Positions 23,001-38,000 of a DNA stretch of 64,000 nucleotides are shown piece by piece. The translations under genes and the position numbers were made by a program. Each line of letters starts with the position of its first letter. The first letter of the stretch is position 1. The notes under the pieces were generated by a model. The model had not been told where the DNA came from and ran no database searches. It was given only the letters and a program-made list of their open reading frames with translations. This stretch comes from Eledone cirrhosa (lineage: Eukaryota), in contig OZ024741.1 of assembly GCA_964016885.1 (NCBI GenBank), forward strand, positions 118,978,001-119,042,000. The letters run 5' to 3'.

Positions 23001-26000
23001 TTGTTATTACTGCTGGTGATGGTATTGTTAGTGCTGATAGTGATGGTATTGTTAGTACTGCTGGTGATGGTATTGTTAGTAATGCTGGTGATGGTCTTGT
23101 TAGTACTGCTAGTGATGGTATTGTTAGTACTGCTGGTGATGGTATTGTTAGTACTGTTGGTGATGGTATTGTTAGTACTGCTGGTGATGGTATTATTAGT
23201 ACTGCTGGTGATGGTATTGTTAGTACTGCTAGTGATGGTATTGTTAGTACTGCTGGTGATGGTATTGTTAGTACTGCTGGTGATGGTATTGTTAGTGCTG
23301 CTGGTGATGGTATTATTTGTGCTGCTAGTGATGGTATTGTTAGTACTGCTAGTGATGGTATTGTTAGTACTGCTAGTGATGGTATTGTTAATCCTGTTGG
23401 TGATGGTATTGTTAGTACTGCTAATGATGGTATTGTTAGTACTGCTGGTGATGGTATTGTTATTACTGCTAGTGATGGTAGTGTTAGTACTGCTGGTGAT
23501 AGTATTGTTAGTACTGCTGTTGCTGGTAATGTTACTACTGTTGGTGATGGTATTGTTAGTACTGCTGGTGATAGTATTGTTAGTACTGTTGGTGATAGTA
23601 TTGTTAGTACTGTTGGTGATAGTATTGCTGGTACTGTTGGTGATAGTATTGTTAGTACTGCTGGTGATGGTATTGTTAGTACTGCTGGTGATAGTATTGT
23701 TAGTACTGTTGGTGATAGTATTGTTAGTACTGCTGGTGATAGTATTGTTAGTACTGCTGGTGATGGTATTGTTAGTACTGCTGGTGATAGTATTGTTAGT
23801 ACTGTTGGTGATAGTATTGTTAGTACTGTTGGTGATAGTATTGTTAGTGCTGCTGGTGAAGGTATTGTTAGTGCTGCTGGTGATGGTATTGTTAGTACTG
23901 CTAGTGATGGTATTGTTAGAACTGCTGGTGAAGGTATTGTTAGTGCTGCTGGTGATAGTATTGTTTGTGCTGCTGGTGATAGTATTGTTAGAACTGCTGG
24001 TGAAGGTATTGTTAGTACTGCTGGTGATGGTATTGTTAGTACTGCTAGTGACAGTATTGTTAGTACTGCTAGTGACAGTATTGTTAGAACTGCCGGTGAT
24101 GGTATTGTTAGTACTGCTGGTTATGGTATTGTTAGTACTGCTTGTGGTGGTATTGTTAGTACTGCTGGTGATGGTATTGTTAGTACTGCTGGTAATGGTA
24201 TTGTTAGTGCTGAAAGTGATGGTATTGTTAGTACTGCTGGTGATGGTATTGTTAGTAATGCTGGTGATGGTCTTGTTAGTACTGCTGGTGATGGTATTGT
24301 TAGTAATGCTGGTGATGGTCTTGTTAGTACTGCTAGTGATGGTATTGTTAGTACTGCTGGTGATGGTATTGTTAGTACTGCTGGTGATGGTATTGTTAGT
24401 ACTGATGGTGATAGTATTGTTAGTACTGCTGGTGATAGTATTGTTAGAACTGCCGATGATGGTATTGTTAGAGCTGCTAGTGATGGTATTGTTAGTACTG
24501 CTGGTGATAGTATTGTTAGTACTGCTGGTGATGGTATTGGTAGTACTGCTAGTGATGGTATTGTTAGTACTGCTGGTGATAGTATTGTTAATACTGCTGG
24601 AGATGGCATTGTTAGTGCTGCTGGTGATAGTATTGTTAGTGCTGCTGGTGATGGTATTGTTAGTACTGCTGGTGATAGTATTGTTAGTACTGCTGGTGAT
24701 GGTATTGTTAGTACTGCTAGTGATGGTATTGTTAGTACTGCTGGTGATAGTATTGTTAATACTGCTGGAGATGGCATTGTTAGTGCTGCTGGTGATAGTA
24801 TTGTTAGTGCTGCTGGTGATGGTATTGTTAGTACTGCTGGTGATAGTATTGTTAGTACTGCTGGTGATGGTATTGTTAGTACTGCTAGTGATGGTATTGT
24901 TAGTACTGCTGGTGATAGTATTGTTAGTGCTGCTGGTGATAGTATTGTTAGTACTGCTGGTGATAGTATTGTTATTACTGCTGGTGATGGTATTGTTAGT
25001 GCTGATAGTGATGGTATTATTAGTACTGCTGGTGATGGTATTGTTAGTACTGCTGGTGATGGTCTTGTTAGTACTGCTAGTGATGGTATTGTTAGTACTG
25101 CTGGTGATGGTATTGTTAGTACTGCTGGTGATGGTATTGTTAGTACTGATGGTGATAGTATTGTTAGTACTGCTGGTGATAGTATTGTTAGAACTGCCGG
25201 TGATGGTATTGTTAGTACGGCTTGTGGTGGTATTGTTAGTACTGCTGGTGATGGTATTGTTAGTACTGCTGGTGATGGTATTGTTAGTGCTGCTGGTGAT
25301 GGTATTGTTAGTACTGCTGGTGATGGTATTGTTAGTACTGATGGTGATAGTATTGTTAGTACTGCTGGTGATTGTATTGTTAGAACTGCCGGTGATGGTA
25401 TTGTTAGTGCTGCTAGTGATGGTATTGTTAGTACTGCTGGTGATAGTATTGTTAGTACTGCTGGTGATGGTATTGTTAGTACTGCTAGTGATGGTATTGT
25501 TAGTACTGCTGGTGATAGTATTGTTAATACTGCTGGTGATAGTATTGTTAGTACTGCTGGTGATGGTATTGTTAGTACTGTTGGTGATGGTATTGTTAGT
25601 ACTGCTAGTGATAGTATTGTTAGTACTGCTGGTTATGGTATTGTTAGTGCTGCTGGTGATAGTATTGTTAGTGCTGCTGGTGATGGTATTGTTAGTGCTG
25701 CTGGTGATGGTATTGTTAGTACTGCTGGTGATTGTATTGTTATTGCTGCTTGTGATGGTATTGTTAGTACTGCTGGAGATAGTATTGTTAGTACTGCTGG
25801 TGATGGTATTGTTAGTACTGTTGGTGATGGTATTGTTAGTACTGCTGGTGATGGTATTGTTAGTGCTGCTGGTGATAGTATTGTTAGTACTGTTGGTGAT
25901 AGTATTGTTAGTACTGCTGGTGATAGTATTGTTAGTACTGCTGGTGATGGTATTGTTAGTACTGCTGGTGATAGTATTGTTAGTACTGTTGGTGATAGTA

Positions 26001-29000
26001 TTGTTAGTACTGTTGGTGATAGTATTGTTAGTGCTGCTGGTGATGGTATTGTTAGTACTGCTGGTGATAGTATTGTTAGTGCTGCTGGTGATGGTATTTT
26101 TAGTACTGCTGGTTATGGTATTGTTAGTACTGCTAGTGACAGTATTGTTAGTACTGCTAGTGACAGTATTGTTAGAACTGCCGGTGATGGTATTGTTAGT
26201 ACTGCTGGTTATGGTATTGTTAGTACTGCTTGTGGTGGTATTGTTAGTACTGCTGGTGATGGTATTGTTAGTACTGCTGGTGATGGTATTGTTAGTGCTG
26301 ATAGTGATGGTATTGTTAGTACTGCTGGTGATGGTATTGTTAGTACTGCTGGTGATGGTATTGTTAGTACTGATGGTGATAGTATTGTTAGTACTGCTGG
26401 TGATAGTATTGTTAGAACTGCCGATGATGGTATTGTTAGTGCTGCTAGTGATGGTATTGTTAGTACTGCTGGTGATAGTATTGTTAGTACAGCTGGTGAT
26501 GGTATTGTTAGTACTGCTAGTGATGGTATTGTTAGTACTGCTGGTGATAGTATTGTTAATACTGCTGGTGATAGTATTGTTAGTACTGCTGGTGATGGTA
26601 TTGTTAGTACTGTTGGTGATGGTATTGTTAGTACTGCTAGTGATAGTATTGTTAGTACTGCTGGAGATGGCATTGTTAGTGCTGCTGGTGATAGTATTGT
26701 TAGTGCTGCTGGTGATGGTATTGTTAGTGCTGCTGGTGATAGTATTGTTAGTGCTGCTGGTGATGGTATTCTTAGTACTGCTGGTGATGGTATTGTTATT
26801 ACTGCTAGTGATGGTAGTGTTAGTACTGCTGGTGATAGTATTGTTAGTACTGCTGTTGCTAGTAATGTTACTACTGTTGGTGATGGTATTGTTAGTACTG
26901 CTGGTGATAGTATTGTTAGTACTGTTGGTGATAGTATTGTTAGTACTTTTGGTGATAGTATTGTTAGTACTGTTGGTGATAGTACTGTTAGTACTGCTGG
27001 TGATAGTATTGTTAGTACTGCTGGTGATAGTATTGTTAGTACTGTTGGTGATAGTATTGTTAGTACTGTTGGTGATAGTATTGTTAGTACTGTTGGTGAT
27101 AGTATTGTTAGTGCTGCTGGTGATGGTATTGTTAGTACTGCTAGTGATGGTATTGTTAGTGCTGCTGGTGATAGTATTGTTAATACTGCTGGTGATAGTA
27201 TTGTTAGTACTGTTGGTGATAGTATTGTTAGTACTGCTGGTGATGGTATTGTTAGTACTGCTGGTGAAGGTATTGTTAGTGCTGCTGGTGATGGTATTGT
27301 TAGTACTGCTGGTGTTAGTATTGTTAGAACTGCTGGTGAAGGTATTGTTAGTGCTGCTGGTGATGGTATTGTTAGTACTGCTGGTGTTAGTATTGTTAGA
27401 ACTGCTGGTGAAGGTATTGTTAGTGCTGCTGGTGATAGTATTGTTAATACTGCTGGTGATGGTATTGTTAGTACTGCTCGTGATGGTATTATTAGTACTG
27501 CTGGTGATGGTATTGTTAGTACTGCTGGTGATAGTATTGTTAGTACTGTTGGTGATAGTATTGTTAGTACTGCTGGTGATGGTATTGTTAGTACTGCTGG
27601 TGATAGTATTGTTAGTACTGCCCGTGATAGTATTGTTAGTGCTGCTAGTGATGCTATTGTTAGTACTGCTGGTGATGGTATTGTTAGTACTGCTGGTGAT
27701 GGTATTGTTAGTACTGCTAGTGATGGTATTATTAGTGCTGCTAGTGATGGTATTGTTAGTACTGCTGGTGATGGTATTGTTAGTACTGCTAGTGATGGTA
27801 TTATTAGTACTGCTAGTGATGGTATTGTTAGTGCTGCTAGTCATGGTATTGTTAGTACTGCTGGTGATGGTATTGTTAGTACTGCTAGTGATGGTATTGT
27901 TAGTACTGCTAGTGATGGTATTGTTAGTACTGCTGGTGATGGTATTATTAATGCTGCTAGTGATGGTATTGTTAGTACTGCTAGTGATGGTATTGTTAGT
28001 ACTGCTAGTGATGGTATTGTTAGTGCTGCTAGTCATGGTATAGTTAGTACTGCTAGTGATGGTATTGTTAGTACTGCTAGTGATGGTATTGTTAGTACTG
28101 CTAGTGATGGTATTGTTAGTACTGCTAGTGATGGTATTGTTAGTGCTGCTAGTCATGGTATAGTTAGTACTGCTAGTGATGGTATTGTTAGTACTGCTAG
28201 TGATGGTATTGTTAGTACTGCCAGTGATGGTATTGTTAGTGCTGCTAGTCATGGTATAGTTAGTACTGCTAGTGATGGTATTGTTAGTACTGCTGGTGAT
28301 AGTATTGTTAGTACTGTTGGTGATGGTATTGTTAGTGCTGCTAGTCATGGTATAGTTAGTACTGCTAGTGATGGTATTGTTAGTACTGCTAGTGATGGTA
28401 TTGTTAGTGCTGCTAGTCATGGTATAGTTAGTACTGCTAGTGATGGTATTGTTAGTACTGCTGGTGATAGTATTGTTAGTACTGCTGGTGATGGTATTGT
28501 TAGTGCTGCTAGTCATGGTATAGTTAGTACTGCTAGTGGTGGTATTGTTAGTACTGCTAGTGATGGTATTGTTAGTGCTGCTAGTCATGGTATAGTTAGT
28601 ACTGCTAGTGATGGTATTGTTAGTACTGCTGGTGATGGTATTGTTAGTGCTGCTAGTCATGGTATAGTTAGTACTGCTGGTGATGGTATTATTAGTGCTG
28701 CTAGTGATGGTATTGTTAGTACTGCTGGTGATGGTATTGTTAGTGCTGCTAGTCATGTTATAGTTAGTACTGCTAGTGATCGTATTGTTAGTACTGCTGG
28801 TGATAGTATTGTTAGTGCTGCTAGTGATGGTATTGTTAGTACTGCTGGTGATAGTATTATTAGTACTGTTGGTGATAGTATTGTTAGTACTGCTAGTGAT
28901 GGTATTGTTAGTACTGCTGGTGATAGTATTGTTAGTACTGTTGGTGATAGTATTGTTAGTATTGCTGGTGATAGTATTGTTAGTACTGCTGGTGATAGTA

Positions 29001-32000
29001 TTGTTAGTACTGTTGGTGATAGTATTGTTAGTACTGCTGGTGATGGTATTGTTAGTACAGCTAGTGATGGTATTGTTAGTACTGCTAGTGATGGTATTGT
29101 TAATCCTGTTGGTGATGGTATTGTTAGTACTGCTAATGATGGTATTTTTAGTACTGCTGGTGATGGTATTGTTATTACTGCTAGTGATGGTAGTTTTAGT
29201 ACTGCTGGTGATAGTATTGTTAGTACTGCTGTTGCTGGTAATGTTACTACTGTTGGTGATGGTATTGTTAGTACTGCTGGTGATAGTATTGTTAGTACTG
29301 TTGGTGATAGTATTGTTAGTACTGCTGGTGATTGTATTGTTAGTACTGCTGGTGATAGTATTGTTAGTACAGCTTGTGATAGTATTGTTAGTACTGCTGG
29401 TGATAGTATTGTTAGTACTGCTGGTGATAGTATTGTTAGTACTGTTGGTGATAGTATTGTTAGTACTGCTGGTGATGCTATTGTTAGTACTGCTGGAGAT
29501 AGTATTGTTAGTACTGTTGGTGATGGTATTGTTAGTACTGCTGGAGATAGTATTGTTAGTGCTGCTGGTGATGTTATTGTTAGTACTGCTCGTGATGGTA
29601 TTATTAGTACTGCTGGTGATGGTATTGTTAGTACTGCTGGTGGTGGTATTGTTAGTACAGCTGGTGATGGTATTGTTAGTACTGCTGGTGTTGGTATTGT
29701 TAGTACAGCTGGTCATGGTATTGTTAGTACTGCTGGAGATGGTATTGTTAGTACTGCTGGTGATGGTATTGTTAGTACTGCTGGTGTTGGTATTGTTAGT
29801 ACTGCTGGTGATGGTATTGTTAGTACTGCTGGAGATGGTATTGTTAGCACTGCTGGTGAAGGTATTGTTAGTACTGCTGGTGATAGTATTGTTAGTACTG
29901 CTGGAGATGCTATTGTTAGTACTGCTAGTGATGGTATTGTTAGTACTGCTGGTGATGGTATTTTTAGTATTGTTAGTACTGCTAGAGATGGCATTGTTAG
30001 TACTGCTGGTGATGGTATTGTTAGTATTGCTGGTGATAGTATTGTTAGTACTGCTAGTGATGGTATTGTTAGTACTGCTGGTGATGGTATTGTTAGTGCT
30101 GCTACTGATGGTATTGTTAGTATTGCTGGTGATAGTATTGTTAGTACTGCTAGTGATGGTATTGTTAGTACTGCTGGTGATGGTATTGTTAATGCTGCTA
30201 GTGATGGTATTGTTAGTACTGCTGGTGATAGTATTGTTAGTACTGCTAGTGATGGTATTGTTAGTACTGCTAGTGATGGTATTGTTAGTACTGCTAGTGA
30301 TGGTATTGTTAGTGCTGCTAGTCATGGTATTGTTAGTACTGCTGGTGATGGTATTGTTAGTACTGTTGGTGATAGTATTGTTAGTACTGCTAGTGATGGT
30401 ATTGTTAGTACTGCTGGAGATAGTATTGTTAGTACTGCTGGTGATAGTATTGTTAGTACTGCTGGTGATAGTATTGTTAGTACTGTTGGTGATAGTATTG
30501 TTATTACTGCTGGTGATGGTATTGTTAGTACTGCTAGTGATGGTATTGTTAATCCTGTTGGTGATGGTATTGTTAGTACTGCTAGTGATGGTATTGTTAG
30601 TACTGCTGGTGATGGTATTGTTATTACTGCTAGTGATGGTAGTGTTAGTACTGCTGGTGATAGTATTGTTAGTACTGCTGTTGCTAGCAATGTTACTACT
30701 GTTGGTGATGGTATTGTTAGTACTGCTGGTGATAGTATTGTTAGTACTGTTGGTGATAGTATTGTTAATACTGCTGGTGATGGTATTGTTAGTACTGCTG
30801 GTGAAGGTATTGTTAGTACTGCTGGTGATGGTATTGTTAGTACTGCTGGTGATGGTATTGTTAGTACTGCTGGTGATGGTATTGTTAGTACTGCTAGTGA
30901 TGGTATTGTTAGTGCTGCTGGTGATGCTATTGTTAATACTGCTGGTGATGTTATTGTTAGTGCTGCTAGTGATGGTATTGTTAGTACTGCTGGTGATGGT
31001 ATTGTTAGTACTGCTAGTGATGGTATTGTTAGTGCTGCTAGTCATGGTATAGTTAGTACTGCTGGTGATGGTATTATTAGTGCTGCTAGTGATGGTATTG
31101 TTAGTACTGCTGGTGATGGTATTGTTAGTACTGCTAGTGATGGTATTGTTAGTACTGCTGGTGATGGTATTGTTAGTACTGCTAGTGATGGTATTGTTAG
31201 TACTGCTAGTGATGGTATTGTTAGTGCTGCTAGTCATGGTATTGTTAGTACTGCTGGTGATGGTATTGTTAGTACTGTTGGTGATAGTATTGTTAGTACT
31301 GCTAGTGATGGTATTGTTAGTACTGCTGGTGATGGTATTGTTAGTACTGTTGGTGATGGTATTGTTAGTACTGCTAGTGATAGTATTGTTAGTACTGCTG
31401 GAGATAGTATTGTTAGTACTGCTGGTGATGGTATTGTTAGTACTGCTGGTGATAGTATTGTTAGTACTGTTGGTGATAGTATTGTTATTACTGCTGGTGA
31501 TGGTATTGTTAGTACTGCTAGTGATGGTATTGTTAATCCTGTTGGTGATGGTATTGTTAGTACTGCTAGTGATGGTATTGTTAGTACTGCTGGTGATGGT
31601 ATTGTTATTACTGCTAGTGATGGTAGTGTTAGTACTGCTGGTGATAGTATTGTTAGTACTGCTGTTGCTAGTAATGTTACTACTGTTGGTGATGGTATTG
31701 TTAGTACTGCTGGTGATAGTATTGTTAGTACTGTTGGTGATAGTATTGTTAGTACTGTTGGTGATAGTATTGTTAGTACTGTTGGTGATAGTACTGTTAG
31801 TACTGCTGGTGATAGTATTGTTAGTACTGCTGGTGATGGTATTGTTAGTACTGCTCGTGATGGTATTATTAGTACTGCTGGTGATGGTATTGTTAGTACT
31901 GCTGGTGATGGTATTGTTAGTACTGCTGGTGATAGTATTGTTAGTACTGTTGGTGATAGTATTGTTAGTACTGCTGGTGATGGTATTGTTAGTACTGCTG

Positions 32001-35000
32001 GTGATAGTATTGTTAGTACTGCCCGTGATAGTATTGTTAGTGCTGCTAGTGATGCTATTGTTAGTACTGCTGGTGATGGTATTGTTAGTACTGCTGGTGA
32101 TGGTATTGTTAGTACTGCTAGTGATGGTATTATTAGTGCTGCTAGTGATGGTATTGTTAGTACTGCTGGTGATGGTATTGTTAGTACTGCTAGTGATGGT
32201 ATTATTAGTACTGCTAGTGATGGTATTGTTAGTGCTGCTAGTCATGGTATTGTTAGTACTGCTGGTGATGGTATTGTTAGTACTGCTAGTGATGGTATTG
32301 TTAGTACTGCTAGTGATGGTATTGTTAGTACTGCTGGTGATGGTATTATTAATGCTGCTAGTGATGGTATTGTTAGTACTGCTAGTGATGGTATTGTTAG
32401 TACTGCTAGTGATGGTATTGTTAGTGCTGCTAGTCATGGTATAGTTAGTACTGCTAGTGATGGTATTGTTAGTACTGCTAGTGATGGTATTGTTAGTACT
32501 GCTAGTGATGGTATTGTTAGTACTGCTAGTCATGGTATTGTTAGTACTGCTGGTGATGGTATTGTTAGTACTGTTGGTGATAGTATTGTTAGTACTGCTA
32601 GTGATGGTATTGTTAGTACTGCTGGAGATAGTATTGTTAGTACTGCTGGTGATAGTATTGTTAGTACTGCTGGTGATAGTATTGTTAGTACTGTTGGTGA
32701 TAGTATTGTTATTACTGCTGGTGATGGTATTGTTAGTACTGCTGGTGATGGTATTGTTAGTGCTGCTAGTGATGGTATTGTTAGTACTGCTGGTGATGGT
32801 ATTGTTATTACTGCTAGTGATGGTAGTGTTAGTACTGCTGGTGATAGTATTGTTAGTACTGCTGTTGCTAGTAATGTTACTACTGTTGGTGATGGTATTG
32901 TTAGTACTGCTGGTGATAGTATTGTTAGTACTGTTGGTGATAGTATTGTTAATACTGCTGGTGATGGTATTGTTAGTACTGCTGGTGAAGGTATTGTTAG
33001 TACTGCTGGTGATGGTATTGTTAGTACTGCTGGTGATGGTATTGTTAGTACTGCTGGTGATGGTATTGTTAGTACTGCTAGTGATGGTATTGTTAGTGCT
33101 GCTGGTGATGCTATTGTTAATACTGCTGGTGATGTTATTGTTAGTGCTGCTAGTGATGGTATTGTTAGTACTGCTGGTGATGGTATTGTTAGTACTGCTA
33201 GTGATGGTATTGTTAGTGCTGCTAGTCATGGTATAGTTAGTACTGCTGGTGATGGTATTATTAGTGCTGCTAGTGATGGTATTGTTAGTACTGCTGGTGA
33301 TGGTATTGTTAGTACTGCTAGTGATGGTATTGTTAGTACTGCTGGTGATGGTATTGTTAGTACTGCTAGTGATGGTATTGTTAGTACTGCTAGTGATGGT
33401 ATTGTTAGTGCTGCTAGTCATGGTATTGTTAGTACTGCTGGTGATGGTATTGTTAGTACTGTTGGTGATAGTATTGTTAGTACTGCTAGTGATGGTATTG
33501 TTAGTACTGCTGGTGATGGTATTGTTAGTACTGTTGGTGATGGTATTGTTAGTACTGCTAGTGATAGTATTGTTAGTACTGCTGGAGATAGTATTGTTAG
33601 TACTGCTGGTGATGGTATTGTTAGTACTGCTGGTGATAGTATTGTTAGTACTGTTGGTGATAGTATTGTTATTACTGCTGGTGATGGTATTGTTAGTACT
33701 GCTAGTGATGGTATTGTTAATCCTGTTGGTGATGGTATTGTTAGTACTGCTAGTGATTGTATTGTTAGTACTGCTGGTGATGGTATTGTTATTACTGCTA
33801 GTGATGGTAGTGTTAGTACTGCTGGTGATAGTATTGTTAGTACTGCTGTTGCTAGTAATGTTACTACTGTTGGTGATGGTATTGTTAGTACTGCTGGTGA
33901 TAGTATTGTTAGTACTGTTGGTGATAGTATTGTTAGTACTGTTGCTGATAGTATTGTTAGTACTGTTGGTGATAGTACTGTTAGTACTGCTGGTGATAGT
34001 ATTGTTAGTACTGCTGGTGATAGTATTGTTAGTACTGTTGGTGATAGTATTGTTAGTACTGTTGGTGATAGTATTGTTAGTACTGTTCGTGATAGTATTG
34101 TTAGTGCTGCTGGTGATGGTTTTGTTAGTACTGCTGGTGAAGGTATTGTTAGTGCTGCTGGTGATGGTATTGTTAGTACTGCTAGTGATGGTATTGTTAG
34201 TGCTGCTGGTGATAGTATTGTTTGTGCTGCTGGTGATAGTATTGTTAGAACTGCTGGTGAAGGTATTGTTAGTGCTGCTGGTGATGGTATTGTTAGTACT
34301 GCTGGTGTTAGTATTGTTAGAACTGCTGGTGAAGGTATTGTTAGTGCTGCTGGTGATAGTATTGTTAATACTGCTGGTGATGGTATTGTTAGTACTGCTC
34401 GTGATGGTATTATTAGTACTGCTGGTGATGGTATTGTTAGTACTGCTGGTGATGGTATTGTTAGTACTGCTGGTGATAGTATTGTTAGTACTGTTGGTGA
34501 TAGTATTGTTAGTACTGCTGGTGATGGTATTGTTAGTACTGCTGGTGATAGTATTGTTAGTACTGCCCGTGGTAGTATTGTTAGTGCTGCTAGTGATGCT
34601 ATTGTTAGTACTGCTGGTGATGGTATTGTTAGTACTGCTGGTGATGGTATTGTTAGTACTGCTAGTGATGGTATTATTAGTGCTGCTAGTGATGGTATTG
34701 TTAGTACTGCTGGTGATGGTATTGTTAGTACTGCTAGTGATGGTATTATTAGTACTGCTAGTGATGGTATTGTTAGTGCTGCTAGTCATGGTATTGTTAG
34801 TACTGCTGGTGATGGTATTGTTAGTACTGCTAGTGATGGTATTGTTAGTACTGCTAGTGATGGTATTGTTAGTACTGCTGGTGATGGTATTATTAATGCT
34901 GCTAGTGATGGTATTGTTAGTACTGCTAGTGATGGTATTGTTAGTACTGCTAGTGATGGTATTGTTAGTGCTGCTAGTCATGGTATAGTTAGTACTGCTA

Positions 35001-38000
35001 GTGATGGTATTGTTAGTACTGCTAGTGATGGTATTGTTAGTACTTCTAGTGATGGTATTGTTAGTACTGCTAGTGATGGTATTGTTAGTGCTGCTAGTCA
35101 TGGTATAGTTAGTACTGCTAGTGATGGTATTGTTAGTACTGCTAGTGATGGTATTGTTAGTACTGCCAGTGATGGTATTGTTAGTGCTGCTAGTCATGGT
35201 ATAGTTAGTACTGCTAGTGATGGTATTGTTAGTACTGCTGGTGATAGTATTGTTAGTACTGTTGGTGATGGTATTGTTAGTGCTGCTAGTCATGGTATAG
35301 TTAGTACTGCTAGTGATGGTATTGTTAGTACTGCTAGTGATGGTATTGTTAGTGCTGCTAGTCATGGTATAGTTAGTACTGCTAGTGATGGTATTGTTAG
35401 TACTGCTGGTGATAGTATTGTTAGTACTGCTGGTTATGGTATTGTTAGTGCTGCTAGTCATGGTATAGTTAGTACTGCTAGTGATGGTATTGTTAGTACT
35501 GCTAGTGATGGTATTGTTAGTGCTGCTAGTCATGGTATAGTTAGTACTGCTAGTGATGGTATTGTTAGTACTGCTGGTGATGGTATTGTTAGTGCTGCTA
35601 GTCATGGTATAGTTAGTACTGCTGGTGATGGTATTATTAGTGCTGCTAGTGATGGTATTGTTAGTACTGCTGGTGATGGTATTGTTAGTACTGCTAGTGA
35701 TGGTATTGTTAGTGCTGCTAGTCATGTTATAGTTAGTACTGCTAGTGATCGTATTGTTAGTACTGCTGGTGATAGTATTGTTAGTGCTGCTAGTGATGGT
35801 ATTGTTAGTACTGCTGGTGATAGTATTATTAGTACTGTTGGTGATAGTATTGTTAGTACTGCTAGTGATGGTATTGTTAGTACTGCTGGTGATAGTATTG
35901 TTAGTACTGTTGGTGATAGTATTGTTAGTACTGCTGGTGATAGTATTGTTAGTACTGCTGGTGATAGTATTGTTAGTACTGTTGGTGATAGTATTGTTAG
36001 TACTGCTGGTGATGGTATTGTTAGTACAGCTAGTGATGGTATTGTTAGTACTGCTAGTGATGGTATTGTTAATCCTGTTGGTGATGGTATTGTTAGTACT
36101 GCTAATGATGGTATTTTTAGTACTGCTGGTGATGGTATTGTTATTACTGCTAGTGATGGTAGTGTTAGTACTGCTGGTGATAGTATTGTTAGTACTGCTG
36201 TTGCTGGTAATGTTACTACTGTTGGTGATGGTATTGTTAGTACTGCTGGTGATAGTATTGTTAGTACTGTTGGTGATAGTATTGTTAGTACTGCTGGTGA
36301 TTGTATTGTTAGTACTGCTGGTGATAGTATTGTTAGTACAGCTTGTGATAGTATTGTTAGTACTGCTGGTGATAGTATTGTTAGTACTGCTGGTGATAGT
36401 ATTGTTAGTACTGTTGGTGATAGTATTGTTAGTACTGCTGGTGATGGTATTGTTAGTACTGCTGGAGATAGTATTGTTAGTACTGTTGGTGATGGTATTG
36501 TTAGTACTGCTGGAGATAGTATTGTTAGTGCTGCTGGTGATGTTATTGTTAGTACTGCTCGTGATGGTATTATTAGTACTGCTGGTGATGGTATTGTTAG
36601 TACTGCTGGTGGTGGTATTGTTAGTACAGCTGGTGATGCTATTGTTAGTACTGCTGGTGAAGGTATTGTTAGTGCTGCTGGTGATGGTATTATTAGTACT
36701 GCTGGTGATGCTATTGTTAGTACTACTGGTGAAGGTATTGTTAGTGCTGCTGGTGATGGTATTGTTAGTACTGCTGGTGATGGTATTGTTAGTACTGCTG
36801 GTGTTGGTATTGTTAGTACAGCTGGTCATGGTATTGTTAGTACTGCTGGAGATGGTATTGTTAGTACTGCTGGTGATGGTATTGTTAGTACTGCTGGAGA
36901 TGGTATTGTTAGCACTGCTGGTGAAGGTATTGTTAGTACTGCTGGTGATAGTATTGTTAGTACTGCTGGAGATGCTATTGTTAGTACTGCTAGTGATGGT
37001 ATTGTTAGTACTGCTGGTGATGGTATTTTTAGTATTGTTAGTACTGCTAGTGATGGCATTGTTAGTACTGCTGGTGATGGTATTGTTAGTATTGCTGGTG
37101 ATAGTATTGTTAGTACTGCTAGTGATGGTATTGTTAGTACTGCTGGTGATGGTATTGTTAGTGCTGCTAGTGATGGTATTGTTAGTACTGCTGGTGATAG
37201 TATTGTTAGTACTGCTAGTGATGGTATTGTTAGTACTGCTAGTGATGGTATTGTTAGTACTGCTAGTGATGGTATTGTTAGTGCTGCTAGTCATGGTATT
37301 GTTAGTACTGCTGGTGATGGTATTGTTAGTACTGTTGGTGATAGTATTGTTAGTACTGCTAGTGATGGTATTGTTAGTACTGCTGGAGATAGTATTGTTA
37401 GTACTGCTGGTGATAGTATTGTTAGTACTGCTGGTGATAGTATTGTTAGTACTGTTGGTGATAGTATTGTTATTACTGCTGGTGATGGTATTGTTAGTAC
37501 TGCTAGTGATGGTATTGTTAATCCTGTTGGTGATGGTATTGTTAGTACTGCTAGTGATGGTATTGTTAGTACTGCTGGTGATGGTATTGTTATTACTGCT
37601 AGTGATGGTAGTGTTAGTACTGCTGGTGATAGTATTGTTAGTACTGCTGTTGCTAGTAATGTTACTACTGTTGGTGATGGTATTGTTAGTACTGCTGGTG
37701 ATAGTATTGTTAGTACTGTTGGTGATAGTATTGTTAGTACTGTTGGTGATAGTATTGTTAGTACTGTTGGCGATAGTACTGTTAGTACTGCTGGTGATAG
37801 TATTGTTAGTACTGCTGGTGATAGTATTGTTAGTACTGTTGGTGATAGTATTGTTAGTACTGTTGGTGATAGTATTGTTAGTACTGTTGGTGATAGTATT
37901 GTTAGTGCTGCTGGTGATGGTATTGTTAGTACTGCTGGTGAAGGTATTGTTAGTGCTGCTGGTGATGGTATTGTTAGTACTGCTAGTGATGGTATTGTTA